Shown: piece after piece, positions 7,808 to 19,700 of the stretch
Layout of the letters: each line of letters begins with the position of its first letter
Position numbering within the stretch: the first letter of the stretch is position 1
Origin: an uncultured virus (IMG/VR IMGVR_UViG_3300025626_000016)
Taxonomy: Duplodnaviria > Heunggongvirae > Uroviricota > Caudoviricetes
Virus record (IMG/VR): IMGVR_UViG_3300025626_000016
DNA: 64,000 bases
Strand: one strand, 5' to 3'
Notes under the pieces: model-generated
Told to the model about the DNA's origin: nothing
Seen by the model: the letters and a program-made list of their open reading frames with translations, nothing else
Database searches by the model: none
Program-made: the position numbers and the translations under genes

Positions 7808-9871
7808 TTATTTCTTAAATTTACCAGACATGATCATATTCTCATCAATGCCATTATTAACACTAATATAAAACTTATTGTTTTTCATACCTCTAATAGT
7901 ATTAGCATTAGCTTCGCTTATTTTAAACAAAACTTCACCTTCACCCATATCAATATCCTTGTTTGATATATGATTAAATTTTAATTTTTGTTTTCCATCG
8001 CCAAATGTTAATATTACATTTTCAGCATTTGTAAAAGAAATAAATTCAACATCATCACCCTTTCTTTTAGCAATCACAAATTTGTAATATGAAGTAAATG
8101 GTGGTATGTCAATATTTAGTTTTGTTTCATTTACAAATTCAGAAGTATCTACCTCGGTAATACTCTGTGTCATTATATTTTCATTAGAAGAATCAAACAC
8201 TATTTTTGATTTTGATGCAATAACGTTATGCCTCTCTATAAACGTAGGAACATACTTTATACTTTTAGGTAAGTTGTCTGTAAATATTCCTTCTATAATT
8301 TTATTGGAAGATAATTCAGGCAAAACATTATAAACTTCAGTCAACTGATTTGGGGAATTAATTTTTAATTTATTTAATCTTTTACCATATTTTGCAGCTT
8401 GTGTTAAAGTTAAACTAGCTCTTTTTACTATTTGTGTATTATCAGTTTGATTCCAAATTCTCATAGTTACATCTACTGAAAAACTAGAAGCAGTATTACT
8501 ATTGATAATTACTGGCCTAAAAACAATAGGTGTATTGAAATCTTCATATTGTGTATATGATGTTTGGAATGTTTTAACATCAACGCCCCCTATAGTTTCG
8601 AAAATATCAACATCAAACATTACAACTATATCATCTGAAGTTTTAGTTATTTGATTTAGTATGTATGCTTCAAATGCACCTATAGAATTATCTTTTTCTC
8701 CATATATTTTAAAGTAATCGCCATCAGTAGCATCTTCTACTACCACGGTAAAATCTTGAAATTCATCTTCTCTAGAAATAGTAAAACTATTCTCTTCACC
8801 CGTAAGGAAATAATCAAATCCATTAATAGTTTGTAGCGTATCTATTAACTTAAATGTCATTTCATAATTAGAAGTTGGATCTAAATCACTAGAGCCTGCG
8901 CTTCCATCTCCATAAAATAAATCATTAAATTCTTCATTCTGTTCCACAAGAGTAGGAACTTTAATATCAATAAATTTACTATATAATGTCTCACCTAAAA
9001 TAAAAGGCTTGGGATTAGCATATTCGTAGTTACTGGTATTTAAGTATACTAACTGTGTTAAATTGTTTCTAACACCTGAATTTCTTTTAGTTGCTATTTC
9101 AAATAAAAACCCTTCATATCCCCTAGCAGCAAAACTATACCCACTTCTAAGGTGTAATCTAATACTATCATATTTGATATAATTAATATTTGCAGTTGCA
9201 TTGGTTTGGCTATTTAAAAGATCGGTTTCATTTCCACCTGACCAATCAACATTATTATTAACGTAATTAAACATTTCATAATCTCCCGTTGAATCATAAC
9301 CCAATAGAGCATATTTAGTACCAGTAGTACCAGACTTTACAGCATGATATCTTCCAATAGTTTGATTAATATCATTACCAGTATTTTCATCTGGATTTGC
9401 AAATAATGGATTTGCTCTTGTGTCTACTATTATTTTACCTCCAATTAAACCTTCATAAGAATATTCTATTATTCCATTTTGATTAGGTGTAAATTGTGCA
9501 ATCTTAGTTACATCAGAATAAGAGTATATTCCTAAAGCTCCGCTGATTTCAAACAAACTAGGATCTGTTAATAAACTTAAATTAAATTTATAAGTTTTTC
9601 CGTTTTGTAAAAGTAAAGTTCTTGATGCAAAGTTTTCAACCGATAAATATCCTGAAGTTTCTGTTATATCAAAGTTTACAACAGCACTACCCAACTCATT
9701 GATCAAGTGCCTTTTTTCTGAAGTAACTCCTTTTACAGTATCTAGGAATTTTACCTCACTGCCATTATCGTCCACCTCTATTTGATACTTAGAAGGATTT
9801 CCTTGATCATGATAAATGAATTCTAATAAAATATCAGAATCTAAATAAAAATATCTTGATGATTGTGCCAT
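7808..9871 (-). CDS. Hypothetical virion structural protein
   Basis: 687 aa beta-rich ORF in the structural module. Confidence 0.7.
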   Translation of the reverse strand: MAQSSRYFYLDSDILLEFIYHDQGNPSKYQIEVDDNGSEVKFLDTVKGVTSEKRHLINELGSAVVNFDITETSGYLSVENFASRTLLLQNGKTYKFNLSLLTDPSLFEISGALGIYSYSDVTKIAQFTPNQNGIIEYSYEGLIGGKIIVDTRANPLFANPDENTGNDINQTIGRYHAVKSGTTGTKYALLGYDSTGDYEMFNYVNNNVDWSGGNETDLLNSQTNATANINYIKYDSIRLHLRSGYSFAARGYEGFLFEIATKRNSGVRNNLTQLVYLNTSNYEYANPKPFILGETLYSKFIDIKVPTLVEQNEEFNDLFYGDGSAGSSDLDPTSNYEMTFKLIDTLQTINGFDYFLTGEENSFTISREDEFQDFTVVVEDATDGDYFKIYGEKDNSIGAFEAYILNQITKTSDDIVVMFDVDIFETIGGVDVKTFQTSYTQYEDFNTPIVFRPVIINSNTASSFSVDVTMRIWNQTDNTQIVKRASLTLTQAAKYGKRLNKLKINSPNQLTEVYNVLPELSSNKIIEGIFTDNLPKSIKYVPTFIERHNVIASKSKIVFDSSNENIMTQSITEVDTSEFVNETKLNIDIPPFTSYYKFVIAKRKGDDVEFISFTNAENVILTFGDGKQKLKFNHISNKDIDMGEGEVLFKISEANANTIRGMKNNKFYISVNNGIDENMIMSGKFKK

Positions 9872-9885
9872 TTAATTATTTTATT

Positions 9886-10689
9886 TTAAAACCTTAAAAA
9901 TTTAGGTGAGTAATATAATCCTATCCCAATAGAGGGTCCAGTACTAATCACTTGATTATTATTTAAATTAATTCCATACCCAACGCCAAATCCAATGGCC
10001 CATCCACCTTTCTTTTGACTTTTCCTGTTTAATCTCGTGTTAATTAAGTTAATATTTTCTATATCTTTAATTTCTAGACCCGGATACGTAGTACTTAATT
10101 TAAGCCTATCTGCACCGTCAACATTTTCTATTGCTGCCATTAAACTTAGTGTTTGTGTTAATTCAAATTTACTATCTAAAACCTTGAACTGACCAAAATC
10201 ATATTTTAAAGTTGATTTTCCAAATAAACTCCTGCTGTTACCATTACCATAATCCTTAAATGATTCGTATTTAACTTCAGCAGTTGTAGAATCTATTTGA
10301 GTTACACTTGCATTTGCTAATAAGCTATCTTTAATTTCTAACTCAGCAGAAATTAAAGAGTTTACATCACTTAAATCTTCATTTAAATCTAAAGCATTTT
10401 TATACTTTTTTGTCATTTTAATAAGATTATTGTCTTTAATAGATAAATCTACTTTAAATGACCTGATCTGTGCTAATTGATCTCCGTTGTCATTTCTTAA
10501 AATAGAAATAGAATCTTGAGATGCCTTTAAATTATTTAAAGATATGTTAGCGTCTTCCCTTGCATATTTAACATCTTGTTTTAAAGAAGATATACTATCA
10601 CATTGTTTTAAAAACATTAAAACGAAAAGAGCACCCAACACAAAAGTGAGGGTGTTCTTATTACTTATTACTTTATTTAAAAAACTCAT
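9886..10689 (-). CDS. Membrane-anchored coiled-coil protein with C-terminal amphipathic beta-hairpin (spanin-like candidate)
   Basis: N-terminal TM (LTFVLGALFVLMFL), coiled coil, C-terminal WAIGFGVGYGINL...GPSIGIGLYY..F. Confidence 0.55.
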   Translation of the reverse strand: MSFLNKVISNKNTLTFVLGALFVLMFLKQCDSISSLKQDVKYAREDANISLNNLKASQDSISILRNDNGDQLAQIRSFKVDLSIKDNNLIKMTKKYKNALDLNEDLSDVNSLISAELEIKDSLLANASVTQIDSTTAEVKYESFKDYGNGNSRSLFGKSTLKYDFGQFKVLDSKFELTQTLSLMAAIENVDGADRLKLSTTYPGLEIKDIENINLINTRLNRKSQKKGGWAIGFGVGYGINLNNNQVISTGPSIGIGLYYSPKFLRF

Positions 10690-10700
10690 ATTTAACTTTA

Positions 10701-12260
10701 TTAGTATATGCCTTCGTCTCCAAATTCGTCGTCGCCGGTCCCTTCAGAATCTTTTTCAAGATCTTCAACATTGTGTACAACTATACCATTTGCAAAGTAT
10801 AAATCACATTCTTCAACATTGAACGAATAGGTTGTAAATCTTTCAGGAACTGTTACCAGTTCTATAGATGTAATATCTACCCATATATTGTCTTCGTTTA
10901 ACAGCCAATCTGAATTAACAATATCTCTCACTTGTTTAAAGTAAATATCGCCTACCATGTCTTTTACTAGAACTGGATGCTCTTCTGTTATTTTTAATAA
11001 TCCATTATTAAAGTTGTAATATTTATCAAAATCCAAGACATTGATGCCTGTAACGACAGTGCTTGTATATTCAGGTTCTAGAGTTTCTTCTCTTCTTTTC
11101 CATTCTTGCCATTCTCCGTCCAAACTAAATCCATCGAAGTTAATAGATAATAGGTCATCCCCTATAACTATATTCTCTACCGCTTTAGTTTCTCCATTGG
11201 CTAATGTAAGTAATTCTCCAGCTACGTGACATCCGCCACCGCCACCGCCACCAAAGCCGCCGCCACATAATGCAGGGCTATCGTATGTACAGTCAAATGG
11301 TGTTTGTGAATCACCTATATACTGAGTACCAGTAAATTCGTAAATTGTTCCGGATTGGTTAGGGCAATTAGTAGTTCCAGCAATCTTGTTTGATAGAATA
11401 TTAACACTTCTTAAAATTTTAGCTGTACCTCCATCACATGGCGTAGCTGATCTAAAATAAAAAGTTTGTGATGTTGCAGATGGAACTGGTGTCGGCATCG
11501 CAGTTGGAGCTGGCCCTGAGCCACTTCCACTTCCACTAGTTGGAGATGGAGCCGGAGTTGGGGTTCTATTGCTTCCCGAATTAGCTTCGAGTACACAGTA
11601 CCATGTGTCGGATGTGCCATAAGGTGCATTTACAGTACAGTCAACATTCATATTACTTACAGGTGAAAAAGTTTTAGTAAACCTATACGTTCCACTAAAT
11701 ACATTAGAGTCTTGTGTTACAGTTGGACCAGATAAGTTTGTTCCACTAACACCCGTAGTACTAAAATTACTAGGTGCCGCTGGACTAGTCTGACCATCAG
11801 CTACAATTGTATATGCTACATCAGCACCAAGTGACTGAGGTGTAAATACAAATCTATTACCAGATGTTGTATTAGTTGCGAACGTGAACGCTGGGGTTGG
11901 ACCTAACGTTGGTTGTGCTGTTGGAACTGGGGTTGGTTGTGCTGTTGGAACTGGGGTTGGTTGTGCTGTTGGAACTGGCGTTGCAGTCGGAACCGAAGTT
12001 GGGACTGGCGTTGCAGTCGGATCAGGTACACCCGCACCTTCAGCTTGATTTACAGTAATAGTGTCAACCGTTGTTGAATTAGCATGTCTAACAGTGAGTG
12101 TTGCGCTTCGCGCAGCACCGTTGTTTTGTTCTAGTGTAATTGTCCAGTCGTCAGAGTTAACAGAAACTCTTGTTATAGTAATCCAATTAGGAGTAGCATC
12201 CCATGAATAGGATGTACTTACTGGTGTAATTGAGACAGTTCTTGTATAATCGTAGCTCAT
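10701..12260 (-). CDS. Fibre/adhesin-like protein: BACON-like N-domain, Pro/Thr linkers, C-terminal Hint domain
   Basis: WITI...ITLEQNNGAARSATLTV...ITVNQ (BACON-like); PTAQPTPV repeats; Hint motifs. Confidence 0.8.
   Translation of the reverse strand: MSYDYTRTVSITPVSTSYSWDATPNWITITRVSVNSDDWTITLEQNNGAARSATLTVRHANSTTVDTITVNQAEGAGVPDPTATPVPTSVPTATPVPTAQPTPVPTAQPTPVPTAQPTLGPTPAFTFATNTTSGNRFVFTPQSLGADVAYTIVADGQTSPAAPSNFSTTGVSGTNLSGPTVTQDSNVFSGTYRFTKTFSPVSNMNVDCTVNAPYGTSDTWYCVLEANSGSNRTPTPAPSPTSGSGSGSGPAPTAMPTPVPSATSQTFYFRSATPCDGGTAKILRSVNILSNKIAGTTNCPNQSGTIYEFTGTQYIGDSQTPFDCTYDSPALCGGGFGGGGGGGCHVAGELLTLANGETKAVENIVIGDDLLSINFDGFSLDGEWQEWKRREETLEPEYTSTVVTGINVLDFDKYYNFNNGLLKITEEHPVLVKDMVGDIYFKQVRDIVNSDWLLNEDNIWVDITSIELVTVPERFTTYSFNVEECDLYFANGIVVHNVEDLEKDSEGTGDDEFGDEGIY
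10770..11231 (-). other. Hint (bacterial intein-like / Hedgehog-type) autoprocessing domain, about 154 aa, no homing endonuclease
   Basis: Block A CHVAGELLTLANG, block B ITEEHPV, blocks F/G YSFNVE..DLYFANGIVVHN; +1 residue is Val. Confidence 0.9.
11909..12030. repeat. 24-bp tandem repeats encoding a PTAQPTPV linker
   Basis: Repeated ggttgtgctgttggaactgg(g/c)gtt units. Confidence 0.9.
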
Positions 12261-12307
12261 TGTTTTGTTTATTTTTTATATATATCTTACTTATCGTGTT
12301 TGTACTT

Positions 12308-13699
12308 TTAATAGTTTAAAAATCCTGTTCCAGTTCCTGAACTAGTTCCTCCACTTCCACCTGATTGAGATGGTGTTGGTTGTGCTGTTGGAATTGGACC
12401 ATCACCTGTTCCTGAACCTGTTCCCGAACCTGTTCCGCTAGTCGGGACAGGTGTTGGTTGTGCTGTTGGAATTGGACCATCACCTGTTCCTGAACCTGTT
12501 CCCGAACCTGTTCCGCTAGTCGGGACAGGTGTTGGTTGTGCTGTTGGAATTGGACCTGAACCACTTCCACTTCCACTAGTTGGAACTGGTGTTGGCTGTG
12601 CCGTTGGAACTGGCGTTGGTTGTGCTGTTGGACTTGGACCTGAACCACTTCCACTTCCACTAGTTGGAACTGGGGTTGGTTGTGCTGTTGGAACTGGGGT
12701 TGCAGTCGGATCAGGTACATTTGAATTTGGTGACCCGTCACTGTTTGCATCAATGTCTCCACCTCCAATAGAAATGGTGTCAGTTATTACTGGACTTCCA
12801 TCAGCATATGCATTAATGTCTCCGCCTATAATTCCAATACTATCTGCTACTCCGCTACCACAATCTGTACATAATTCTCTCCATTCCGGTGAACCACCAT
12901 TATAATAATAAGCTTCAGCAATATCTAAATCACTATTAAATCTTATCATACCTACTTGTGGATTTACTGGTCTTTGTCCAGTTCCACCATAAGGCAATCT
13001 TACATAACCTTTAAATTCGGCATTTATATCTACATCTAATATACCACTACCTGAAGCTTCTAAACTAAGGTTGTTTGATCCAGTCGTTTTAATTGCTACA
13101 CCTTCACCTTGAAAATATGCATTAGAACTAGTAGCAACCAAAGATATTTTATTGGTAGTTGCACCAAACTCTATATTATTACTACCAAAATTATTTTTAA
13201 AAGCAAATCTTTTATAAGCTCCGCTTTCTTCACTAGTTAATACTAAACCATGAATTGAGTCATGAAACAATTTTAGATAATTTGCAAAAACACTATCAGT
13301 TGCTATTGTCAATCTTGCATTTGATGAAACATCGCCGTCATTAGAATCTTCTTCAAATGTAGAATCTCCTAGCCAAATTATAGGAAGTTGTAAATCAGTT
13401 CCTCTTTTAGGTTTTAGAATAGTAACCTCATTTTGTCCATCTGAATTAGCATCTAATTCAACTTTGTACCATGGACTATCAGTTGCTCCTGAATCTCCTT
13501 TTAGACCAGTATTACCAATCTCACCTTTTTCACCTTTTTGTCCTGTAGAACCAACTTGACCTTGATCTCCTTTTTGCCCTTTAGGACCAACAGGTCCACC
13601 TCCGTTTGCCAATATCTGGTCAAAGTTATAGTTGATTTTTTCAAACTTAATAGAGTCTGAATCACTCGGGTGTAGTATCTCTTGAATGTTAATTGCCAT
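12308..13699 (-). CDS. Collagen-repeat tail fibre/whisker-like protein with a Pro/Thr/Gly-rich C-terminus
   Basis: About 12 G-X-Y triplets (GPVGPKGQKGDQG...), GTGQRP...GMIRFN fibre motif, N-terminal KINYNF anchor motif. Confidence 0.75.
   Translation of the reverse strand: MAINIQEILHPSDSDSIKFEKINYNFDQILANGGGPVGPKGQKGDQGQVGSTGQKGEKGEIGNTGLKGDSGATDSPWYKVELDANSDGQNEVTILKPKRGTDLQLPIIWLGDSTFEEDSNDGDVSSNARLTIATDSVFANYLKLFHDSIHGLVLTSEESGAYKRFAFKNNFGSNNIEFGATTNKISLVATSSNAYFQGEGVAIKTTGSNNLSLEASGSGILDVDINAEFKGYVRLPYGGTGQRPVNPQVGMIRFNSDLDIAEAYYYNGGSPEWRELCTDCGSGVADSIGIIGGDINAYADGSPVITDTISIGGGDIDANSDGSPNSNVPDPTATPVPTAQPTPVPTSGSGSGSGPSPTAQPTPVPTAQPTPVPTSGSGSGSGPIPTAQPTPVPTSGTGSGTGSGTGDGPIPTAQPTPVPTSGTGSGTGSGTGDGPIPTAQPTPSQSGGSGGTSSGTGTGFLNY
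12372..12556. repeat. Perfect 78-bp tandem repeat (about 2.4 copies) encoding GPIPTAQPTPVPTSGTGSGTGSGTGD
   Basis: Unit starts at 12372, 12450 and 12528. Confidence 0.92.
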
Positions 13700-13700
13700 T

Positions 13701-16700
13701 TTATGACTTTATTTTTATCATAGGTTTAATGTCGTAAGAATATCCTAATCTTTTATTATATATCAATCTAAAATTCATAGGCTTTTGTTTATGAGATTTA
13801 AATCTAAAATTATTATCCGGTGTAAATCCACCAGCACGAATATCTTCATATATGTTTATTATCGATGAAGGTCTTCCTTTAAAATCCCTGGTATACAGCG
13901 ATATAGAATCTACCACAAATTTTTCAATAATATTATTATTAATATAGAAGTTTGCATCATCAACTAACGTTGTTTTATCTCCAGCTGAATCTTCAACATT
14001 CACATATTTATTTATTACATCAAACACTCCGTCATTTCTTAGCAACCTAGTGGCAGCATCAGTAATATAAAAATCTGCAACTATTTGTTTTTCATCCTCA
14101 AACATAGTTACTTCAGTTTTATTTATACCATTCTTTAAAATAAAATCTAAGTCTTCTTGGCTGTCTACACTCTGATATGTAAAAGAAGTAATGTCATACT
14201 CATTTTTAATTTTCATCGCGGTAGATCCAAGATAAGATTTTTCTTCAGTGTTATCTAGCGTTCCCGGTATATCCTCTGATTTACCACCAGATAGTGCCCT
14301 AGTGTAATAATTTGCATCCCACGAAGATCTAAATACATTCACATCTTTTTTAGAAATAGCAATTTCATTAATAAGTGGATATAATGGTAATTTATCGGAA
14401 GACTCTGATAGTTTAGTGATACCGTTTGGATTTATTTCATTTACCTTGTGATAAAAATGATTTTTTATAATACCCCAACTAGAATCATGGATGTTGTTGT
14501 CTATGATAAGTCCCACATTAAATGTAGTACCACATCTATTATATCTGTTATAATATGATTTAGCAGTTTTTAATTCATATGAATCATTCATAGCATGCCT
14601 GTATAAAAATGACTCAAATTGAGCTTCTCTATTGTCTACTGTAGCCTGTACTCTATTAGATTTAAAATGAGTATACATATCAGTAAATGTAACAACAGGT
14701 TTAAATCCTACGGTATATGATCCACTGTGTCTTATTAAGAATGGATAATATTCTGCATCATTTGATTTAATCAAATTATAACCAATAATACCTTTAAATA
14801 ATTTAAAACTCTTTGGTTTATCATTATCTTCTTCTACAGAAAGGGTCGCATATTTTATAATTTCATTTCCATCTTCAAAATTAATAGTAAACCTATTTGT
14901 GTTTATTTCTCCATCTTCCTCTATTGTAGTATATTTAACACTATCATCATTTAAGTTTATCATTTCTGCAACACTATTAATAGATAGTTTTTCTAAAAGA
15001 ACTTTGTGTATATTTGTTCCACCATCTTTATAGTAATATTTTATTTTACTTTGTAAATAGTTGGGTAAAAACTCTACATCTAGAATATCAGATGGATCAT
15101 TCACATTTACAGGTTTCCCTTGTACTTTAATAATATTATCACCTTCTACAGTGTAAATTGAAAACTTATAAATTGTATTTCCAGGAGTTTCAGGATATAA
15201 GTCCATTAAAACATCACCATATAATCCATTTTCTCCTAATAAAATTTGATCATCGAAATTAGGCATACTTCCGTCAATATGAGGAATACCTTCTATTGTA
15301 AATGGTAATTCCCCTGAAAAATCAGCTTGGTTCCAATTTAGCGCACCATCAAACGAAGTGTTGGCATAAATATAATCTTCACCCGCATGATCATATACGA
15401 TTTTGTGATTTAATTCATATAATAGTTTTCTATTCATGTTTCCTTTCACCCAATAATCGCTAAGATTCATTGTAATAAAAAAGATTACATACTTAAACTT
15501 CTTGTTTTGAATAACTTCAAATTCTATATCATTTGTTTCAGTGTCAGTATTTGTTTTTAATAAAATACTAAATTTATAACCATTAAATTCACTACTTTTA
15601 ACAAAATCAAGTGCAGTTTTATTTGCAAATTCTTTTCTATTTTTTAATACAACTTTTAAACCTTTGAATATAGTGTTAGCAAAAGCATTTGTATCACCGC
15701 CATCTATCAATGTATATTTTTTCTTTAATTCTGTTTTAAAGAACGTATTATTAATATCATCAGGGTTTAAATAACCCTCTGTGTATTCTCCGAATTTTTG
15801 AAATATAGATTCTAAATCTTCCTGATTTAGATTTTTTTCAAATCCTTCAGAAATCATAAATTTATCAAAATAATTATTTTTAGTACTTTTGAATAAATCA
15901 GATGTTAATTCAAAATCTTCAATAAAGTTTACATATGAAAAACCTTGGTTTAATTCGTCGTATCTTAAATACTTTGGATTTTTATCCATGTAAAACCATT
16001 CATGTGTCATGTCATTTTTATTACGACCAATTGCACTTAAATCAGGGGAGAAATTAGTTCTACCAAACGCTTCGTTAGTATTTAAGTAGTATGGTTGTTC
16101 TTTAACATTTAATGAATCTTTTAGAACCCACTTGTTAATATTAGGAACAACTCTAGATTTAGTAGCAAATTCTTTTAATTCGTTTTCTTTTAATCTATCA
16201 AATTCACTTGTAATATTTTCAGATAATTCTTCGTCGATAGTTTCTTCAGATAATATTCCGGATAAATTAGAAAAATAATCAACAGGTTCTAGTGCATAAT
16301 TATCATCAAATATGTCACTGGCAGCTAATATTGAATTAAATTCAGATGTGATTGGATCTATATTTAATATAGCGCTTTCATATGGTTCGTAATTTATATT
16401 GCTTCTTGTTTCTAAAGAAAGTTCCTTTAAATTAGAATTTGAAGTGTCATAAAAATCAAAGTCCATGTCATATAGATCATACACCGAGAACAAACCAACA
16501 TGTACTATATTGTTATTAAAGACCCTTGCTTCTCCGTCATTAATATCTGAATCTAAAGACAATATTATTTTAGATCTAGTAGAGTTAACAGAATCAATAT
16601 CTTCGACAATATCTAAAACTTTGTTGTAAATACCTTTATAATTAGTTTCTAAATAATCACCAACTGATATTTCACTTAAAGTTGTATTATCAACAAACAC

Positions 16701-19700
16701 TGATCTGTTACGAGTGTTACCTCCATTTAAATAATGAGCTCTCCAATTTTCTTTTATAGAATTGGCACCTTTTTTGAGGTTTAATATATTATTTAAATCT
16801 TCATTTTCTACTTTAATAAAATCAGTAACATTCTCTTTGTTTACCAATACAACATGTTGTTTTAGTCTATATCCAGGTACATTTGTTTTTACAAAAACAT
16901 CTGACCCTACATTATATGACTCTAATTCACCTTCATCGTTTTGTATCGCAGACGCCAACGCGGATGCTATATCTCCAGTAGTTCCTTGATTAGAAAATTG
17001 TTGTCCTTTATAAGTTCCTTTTGGTAGTGTATAATTAGAAACATATGTTCTATCTTGTAAATTAACATTAGATTGGAGTTGATCAACTCTAACAATAGAA
17101 CTGATTGCACCTACAACTCTCATATTAAGATTGCCTAGATTTGTTTTAATTTCAGTTATATTTACAGACTTAGTATTATAATCAAAAGTAATGTTTAAGT
17201 TTGCATCTTTTGGTGCAGCTATAATGTTAGCTACGGTAGTTTCAAAATCAACACCTAATTCTATATCATTATCGAACAAATCAGATTCGATACCATCTTC
17301 TTCTATTTTAATATTAATTAATTCTCCAGGTGCGTGTTTAATAAACGTAAACTTATATGATTCTTCTCTTGATTCTAATACAGCTATTTTATCAGCACTA
17401 TCAGGTGCACCTGTTATTGTCATTTTAACAAAATCAAAACCTTGATCTTCATTTCTAGTTAAATTAACAGATCTACCAACATGAGAAATACCTATGGTTT
17501 TTGATATAACTTCATTGTTGCCGTCTACTTTAACTTCTAATTTTGAAGGATTGTAAAAACCAGAGTTTGATATCTTATAAAAAATATCATTTATCTTTAC
17601 ATAACCTAAAGTCGGTGATGTAGACATTTGTTTATAACTAGGAATTGCCGTAATTGAATTTGTACTATCAATTAATGAATCAATTTTACCAAAAGTAATT
17701 ACATTGTTACTAACAGAATTAATTTCACCTACACCAGAATCCACAGTATCAACATATAATCCAAAATATCTACTAACACTATAATCAGACCCTTCGTTAT
17801 CGTCAAATAAGAATTCCAAATTCAATATATTAGCACATAACATGTCATTTCTTTTAAAACCATCGGTTATAAAATCATTGGCCTCAATAAGGGGTTTGTC
17901 AGTTTCTACAAAATCTTTGTAAATGTATTCACCCTTGCTAGTTAATTCACCTGATTTTAAATCTATACCATTATAATTAGTATTTTCATTTTTGTTAAAC
18001 GAAACAGTTAACGGTGCTTTAGGGAAAGTTTCTTGTTGAACATGAGATCTAATATATTTTCCTAAATCTGAATCTTTTGATAAATCAAATGATTTAATTA
18101 TCTCAGCATTTTTTAACATGCTGGAAATTCTATCAGCGTTGCTACTATTCGTATGAGTAGAATCCAATAAACTAGGATCTTTTACTTTAAATATTACAAA
18201 ATTATTTGGCATATTATTATCTGCCCATATAGGTGCAAACATTTTATAACTCTCATCATAATTTTTAGAATAATTATAAGTAGTTCCATATTGATATTCC
18301 TCTTCTACTTGTTTATTATAAGAATCATGTACCGTTAAATCAGAATTAACTCTTTTTGTTAAGTATATTAAATCAGATGGAGTTCCAGTAGCTCTAAAAA
18401 AAGAAGATACGTCTTTGGCATAATTTCCATTTGGATTAATAGGATTTTTTTTATATTTTATTCCCGCTAATTTTTCACTGGCGCTTATACTCTCCAAATA
18501 TACCGTACCACTAGAATCTGTAACTATTTTTATATTTCCAGATAATTTAGGATTAGTTCTTAATAAAGGCTTGGCGACATTATCTAGTTTATAATTAGTT
18601 TCCGTGTTAAAATTTGGACCAGCTTTAACAGAATCATAACCACTAACGAATGGAAACGTATATGTTTTATTAATTTCAATTTCACTACCAAGAACGCATG
18701 GTGCACCATTATTTTCATAAATGTTAATAGTCTCTTCGCTACTAAAACCTAGTTCAATTCCACTAGAAACAACGGGCCTTATTTTAGAATCATTAAAATT
18801 ATTTTTTAGTAATAACACGGCATCATCTATGTCTTCTGCAATAATTCTAGAAACATATGATAAACATTCTCCAGTGTTGTTAGACACAACTACATTTCCT
18901 ATCGTTAAATCATCTATAAAATCTTTTATGTGACTGCCCGTGTCTCCTGATGTATTTGTATGTAGACCATCTATTACATAGACTGGCCAAAATATATCTT
19001 CAGTTGTATAACCACCATCTGGCCCTTCGGGTCCTTCGATTTCAGGAGTATAAGAATAGAATGCATAAAAGTTATTATTAGCAGAGTCACCTTCAATAAG
19101 ATCTGAAATATTAATGTCAGGCCTATTATTATATGTTGAACAAGAACCCAGTTCAAAAATATTATTTCCAACCGCTAACTTATTATTGACATCATAACCA
19201 TACCAATTTAAATTTTTACCATCACCTAAATTATCCCATGCTAAATATTCATCGCTGTTTCCTACTGCGAATATATTTGATTCAAATAAATCCAATGGAT
19301 CCTGTCCTTGTGCACCTAAACTAGATTTGTATATTGCAATATTTGATTTTCCTAATTCTAACAAGGTAGTAATAGCAGGCGCACCCACATCTCTACTAAA
19401 CCATAAAACAACGTCTTCGAGTTCACCAGAATATTGTCCTGTACAAAATTCATTTAAATTTGGATCATCAAAGTTTGGTAAATATTGAACAATAATTTGT
19501 TTTATTTCTTGTGCAACTTCTTTTTCACACTCAAACTCAAATCCAGCTGGTTCATTGTTGTTTTCTCCCCATGTGTTATTAGATGATCTTTTATAAAATA
19601 CATCTAAAGCAATATCGGTATCTCCATAAACTCCGCTTTCTATTGAGCTCTGTACTACATTAGTGATAGTGAATAAATCTGAGTCATACTCGTTAGAGAA

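Noticed and set aside
10770..11231. Mobile homing intein
   Set aside because: No endonuclease insert, no C/S/T at +1, and it is not inside a conserved enzyme motif, so it was treated as a Hint/BIL domain instead.
11909..12720. Repeat arrays as a possible CRISPR or DGR template/variable repeat pair
   Set aside because: Units are multiples of 3 and in-frame coding, there are no unique spacers or adenine-specific mismatch pattern, and no cas or reverse transcriptase gene is in the window.
12316..12768. Gln/His-rich 150-aa alternative-frame ORF
   Set aside because: It is the frame-shifted reading of the Pro/Thr/Gly repeats of 12308..13699, with no independent start signal.
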